This document shows positions 30,127 through 32,000 of a DNA stretch of 32,000 bases, one piece after another (within the stretch, counting starts at the first letter, position 1; every line of letters starts with the position of its first letter). The notes below the pieces were generated by a model. That model was not told where the DNA came from, did no database searches, and saw only the letters and a program-made list of their open reading frames with translations. The stretch lies in the NCBI RefSeq assembly GCF_042660085.1, contig NZ_JBHSTI010000002.1, forward strand, positions 1-32,000, given 5' to 3'. A program made the position numbers and the translations under genes. Source of the stretch: Longivirga aurantiaca. GTDB taxonomy: Bacteria > Actinomycetota > Actinomycetes > S36-B12 > CAIYMF01.

Positions 30127-30831
30127 TCAGGCGCTCTCGGCCTCATCGGCGGAGGCCGGCGCCGGGGTGGAGGCGGCCATGCGGCGCGCGTGCCACCACT
30201 CGTAGCCGGCGGGCAGCAGGGAGAGCACCACGATGAGGATCGCGATGACCTCGATGTTGTTCTTGACCCAGGGGATGTCCCCGAGCAGGTAGCCGAGCAG
30301 CGTCACGCCGCCGGCCCAGATGACGCCGCCGATGCTGGAGTAGATGAGGAACTGGCGGAAGTCCATCTTGCCGACGCCCGCCAGCAGCGTGATGAAGGTG
30401 CGGACGATCGGCACGAAGCGCGCCAGGATGATCGAGCGCGGGCCGTACTTCTCGAAGAAGGCGTGCGTCTTGTCGACGTTCGCGGGCGTCAGGAACCTCG
30501 CGTCCGGGTTCTTGAACAGCGCAGGCCCGGACTTGCGACCGATCCAGTAGCCCGAGACGTTCCCCGCGATCGCGGCGATGGTGAGCAGGACGCAGGCGAC
30601 CCAGATGTTGACGTCGATCGTCCCGGCGCCGATGAACAGACCCGTGACGAACAGCAACGAGTCGCCCGGCAGGAAGAACATGAGGAGCCCGCACTCCACG
30701 AACACGATCACCAGCACGGCGACGAACGCCCAGGTGCCGAAGCGTTCGAGGATGGCCTCGGGCTGCAGCCAGCTCGGTCCGATGGCGAGGGTCCAGGTCA
30801 GGTGATCCAGCACAGGACGAGGGTAGGTCAC
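30127..30831 (-). CDS. DedA/VTT-domain membrane protein (downstream paralog)
   Basis: The translation has FVECGLLMFFLPGDSLLFVTG...GNVSGYWIGRKSG...FFEKYGPRSIILARFVPIVRTF. The GTG 30831 start overlaps the upstream DedA stop (GTGA). An alternative GTG is at 30813. Confidence 0.85.
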   Translation of the reverse strand: MTYPRPVLDHLTWTLAIGPSWLQPEAILERFGTWAFVAVLVIVFVECGLLMFFLPGDSLLFVTGLFIGAGTIDVNIWVACVLLTIAAIAGNVSGYWIGRKSGPALFKNPDARFLTPANVDKTHAFFEKYGPRSIILARFVPIVRTFITLLAGVGKMDFRQFLIYSSIGGVIWAGGVTLLGYLLGDIPWVKNNIEVIAILIVVLSLLPAGYEWWHARRMAASTPAPASADEAESA

Positions 30832-31508
30832 GCAGGCGGGGCGCTCTGACCACCGGGCTGCGACTCGGCTGAGGATCCCGTGCCAGGGTCGGTCGAGGCC
30901 GGCGCCGTACGTCGTGCCCTCCGGGCGCGTGCGGCACCCCCCAGGACCGTGACGACGGTGGCTGCGATGGCGATCGCGGCGGCGGCGTAGGCGATGTCGC
31001 GCAGGACCGGCACCTGGTAGGCGAAGTAGCCGAGCACCGGCAGGCCGACCGCCCAGGGGAGGGCCCCGACGATGTTGGCCGACGTGAAGGCACGCCGGTC
31101 CATGGCCGCGGTGCCCGCGATGATCGGGATGAACGTGCGCACCCAGGGGATCCAGCGCGCCACGACCACGGAGAGCCAGCCGTACTTGTCGTAGAAGCGC
31201 TCGGCGCGCCTCAGCTGCTCCTTGGCGCGGCCCTTCTCGCGGTTCTCCACCCAGTCGCGGCCGAACCGCTTCCCCGTCGTGTAGCCGACCTCGTTGCCGA
31301 TGACTGCGGCGAGGAAGGCGCCCGTCACGAGGACGTAGATGTTGACGTCGCTGTTCGGCGAGGCGGCCACGAGCCCGGCGCCGAACAGGATCGTGTCGCC
31401 GGGGAGCAGGAAGCCGAGCAGCAGCGCGCACTCGGCGAACAGGAACCCCCACAGCACGGCGTACACGGCGATGGCGCCGAGCGACGACAGGTCAGGGCCT
31501 TCCCACAC
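30828..31508 (-). CDS. DedA/VTT-domain membrane protein (upstream paralog)
   Basis: The translation has FAECALLLGFLLPGDTILFGAG...GNEVGYTTGKRFG...FYDKYGWLSVVVARWIPWVRTF. The start is GTG at 31508. Confidence 0.85.
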   Translation of the reverse strand: MWEGPDLSSLGAIAVYAVLWGFLFAECALLLGFLLPGDTILFGAGLVAASPNSDVNIYVLVTGAFLAAVIGNEVGYTTGKRFGRDWVENREKGRAKEQLRRAERFYDKYGWLSVVVARWIPWVRTFIPIIAGTAAMDRRAFTSANIVGALPWAVGLPVLGYFAYQVPVLRDIAYAAAAIAIAATVVTVLGGAARARRARRTAPASTDPGTGSSAESQPGGQSAPPA

Positions 31509-31582
31509 GCCCCCGAGCCTAGGCTGACGGCGTGGATACGCCTGCCGACCCCGAGCCGGACTCCCCGGCGGCGGAGGTCGGG

Positions 31583-32000
31583 GTGGGGCCGCACCCGCTG
31601 CCGTGGCCGGACGACGACCGGCTCGACCCCCAGCTGCTGCGCGACGGCGACCGGCGCAACGTGGTCGACCGCTACCGGTACTGGACGGTCGAGGCGATCG
31701 TCGCCGACCTCGACACGACCCGGCACCCGTTCCACGTGGCCATCGAGAACCTCGCGCATGACTTCAACATCGGGTCCGTCGTACGCACGGCCAACGCGTT
31801 CAACGCGTCGTCCGTGCGGGTGGTCGGCCGCAAGCGCTGGAACCGCCGCGGCGCGATGGTGACCGACCGCTACCTGCACGTCGAGCACCACGATGACGCG
31901 GCCGCACTGGCTGCGTGGGCGGCCGCGGCCGGGATCCCGGTGGTCGGCGTCGACAACCTGCCCGGCTCGGTGCCGCTCGAGACGTTCGACCTCCCGCGGG
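31583..32000 (+). CDS. SpoU/TrmH-family RNA 2'-O-methyltransferase, 3' end outside window
   Basis: The frame is open to the window end and is absent from the ORF track because it has no stop. The translation is DRRNVVDRYRYWTVEAIVADLD...FHVAIENLAHDFNIGSVVRTANAF...VVG. GTG 31583 has GGAGG 5 nt upstream, and a longer alternative is GTG 31532. Confidence 0.8.
   Translation, partial: MGPHPLPWPDDDRLDPQLLRDGDRRNVVDRYRYWTVEAIVADLDTTRHPFHVAIENLAHDFNIGSVVRTANAFNASSVRVVGRKRWNRRGAMVTDRYLHVEHHDDAAALAAWAAAAGIPVVGVDNLPGSVPLETFDLPR

Overview
This is a very GC-rich, actinobacterial-type chromosomal segment; a Micrococcales-like origin is my inference from gene content and codon style. I predict about 30 genes.

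Most of the window (about 6.3-32 kb) is ordinary core genome:
- dcd
- a lipoprotein with two META-like halves
- a VOC-fold protein
- a divergent ArsR-type regulator / MFS exporter pair
- an acyltransferase-3/SGNH protein
- a membrane-anchored HdrD/GlpC-like Fe-S oxidoreductase
- a contiguous heat-shock cluster, dnaK-grpE-dnaJ-hspR-clpB, preceded by a recognisable HspR operator (HAIR)
- a class I aminotransferase
- two SDR oxidoreductases
- a zinc-ribbon protein with a Q/Y/G-rich tail
- pyrE
- two tandem DedA genes
- the 5' part of a SpoU/TrmH methyltransferase

The only clearly accessory part is about 0.45-6.2 kb. It lies between a peptidase-C26 amidotransferase gene and the 3' end of a tRNA-Gly(CCC). 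It holds the decayed remains of three IS families (IS110, IS3, IS1380). These flank an intact, translationally coupled cassette of TetR regulator, amidohydrolase-2 and acyl-CoA ligase, which has a perfect 22-bp palindromic operator candidate upstream.

I found no CRISPR array, rRNA, integrase, phage genes or recognisable defence system. I do not see convincing evidence for a wholly new system. The most checkable oddities are the IS-flanked cassette, whose amidohydrolase lacks the canonical HxH motif, and a perfect 22-bp-arm inverted repeat between the two SDR genes.

Many long ORFs in the six-frame track are antisense or off-frame artefacts of the high GC content, and I rejected them.
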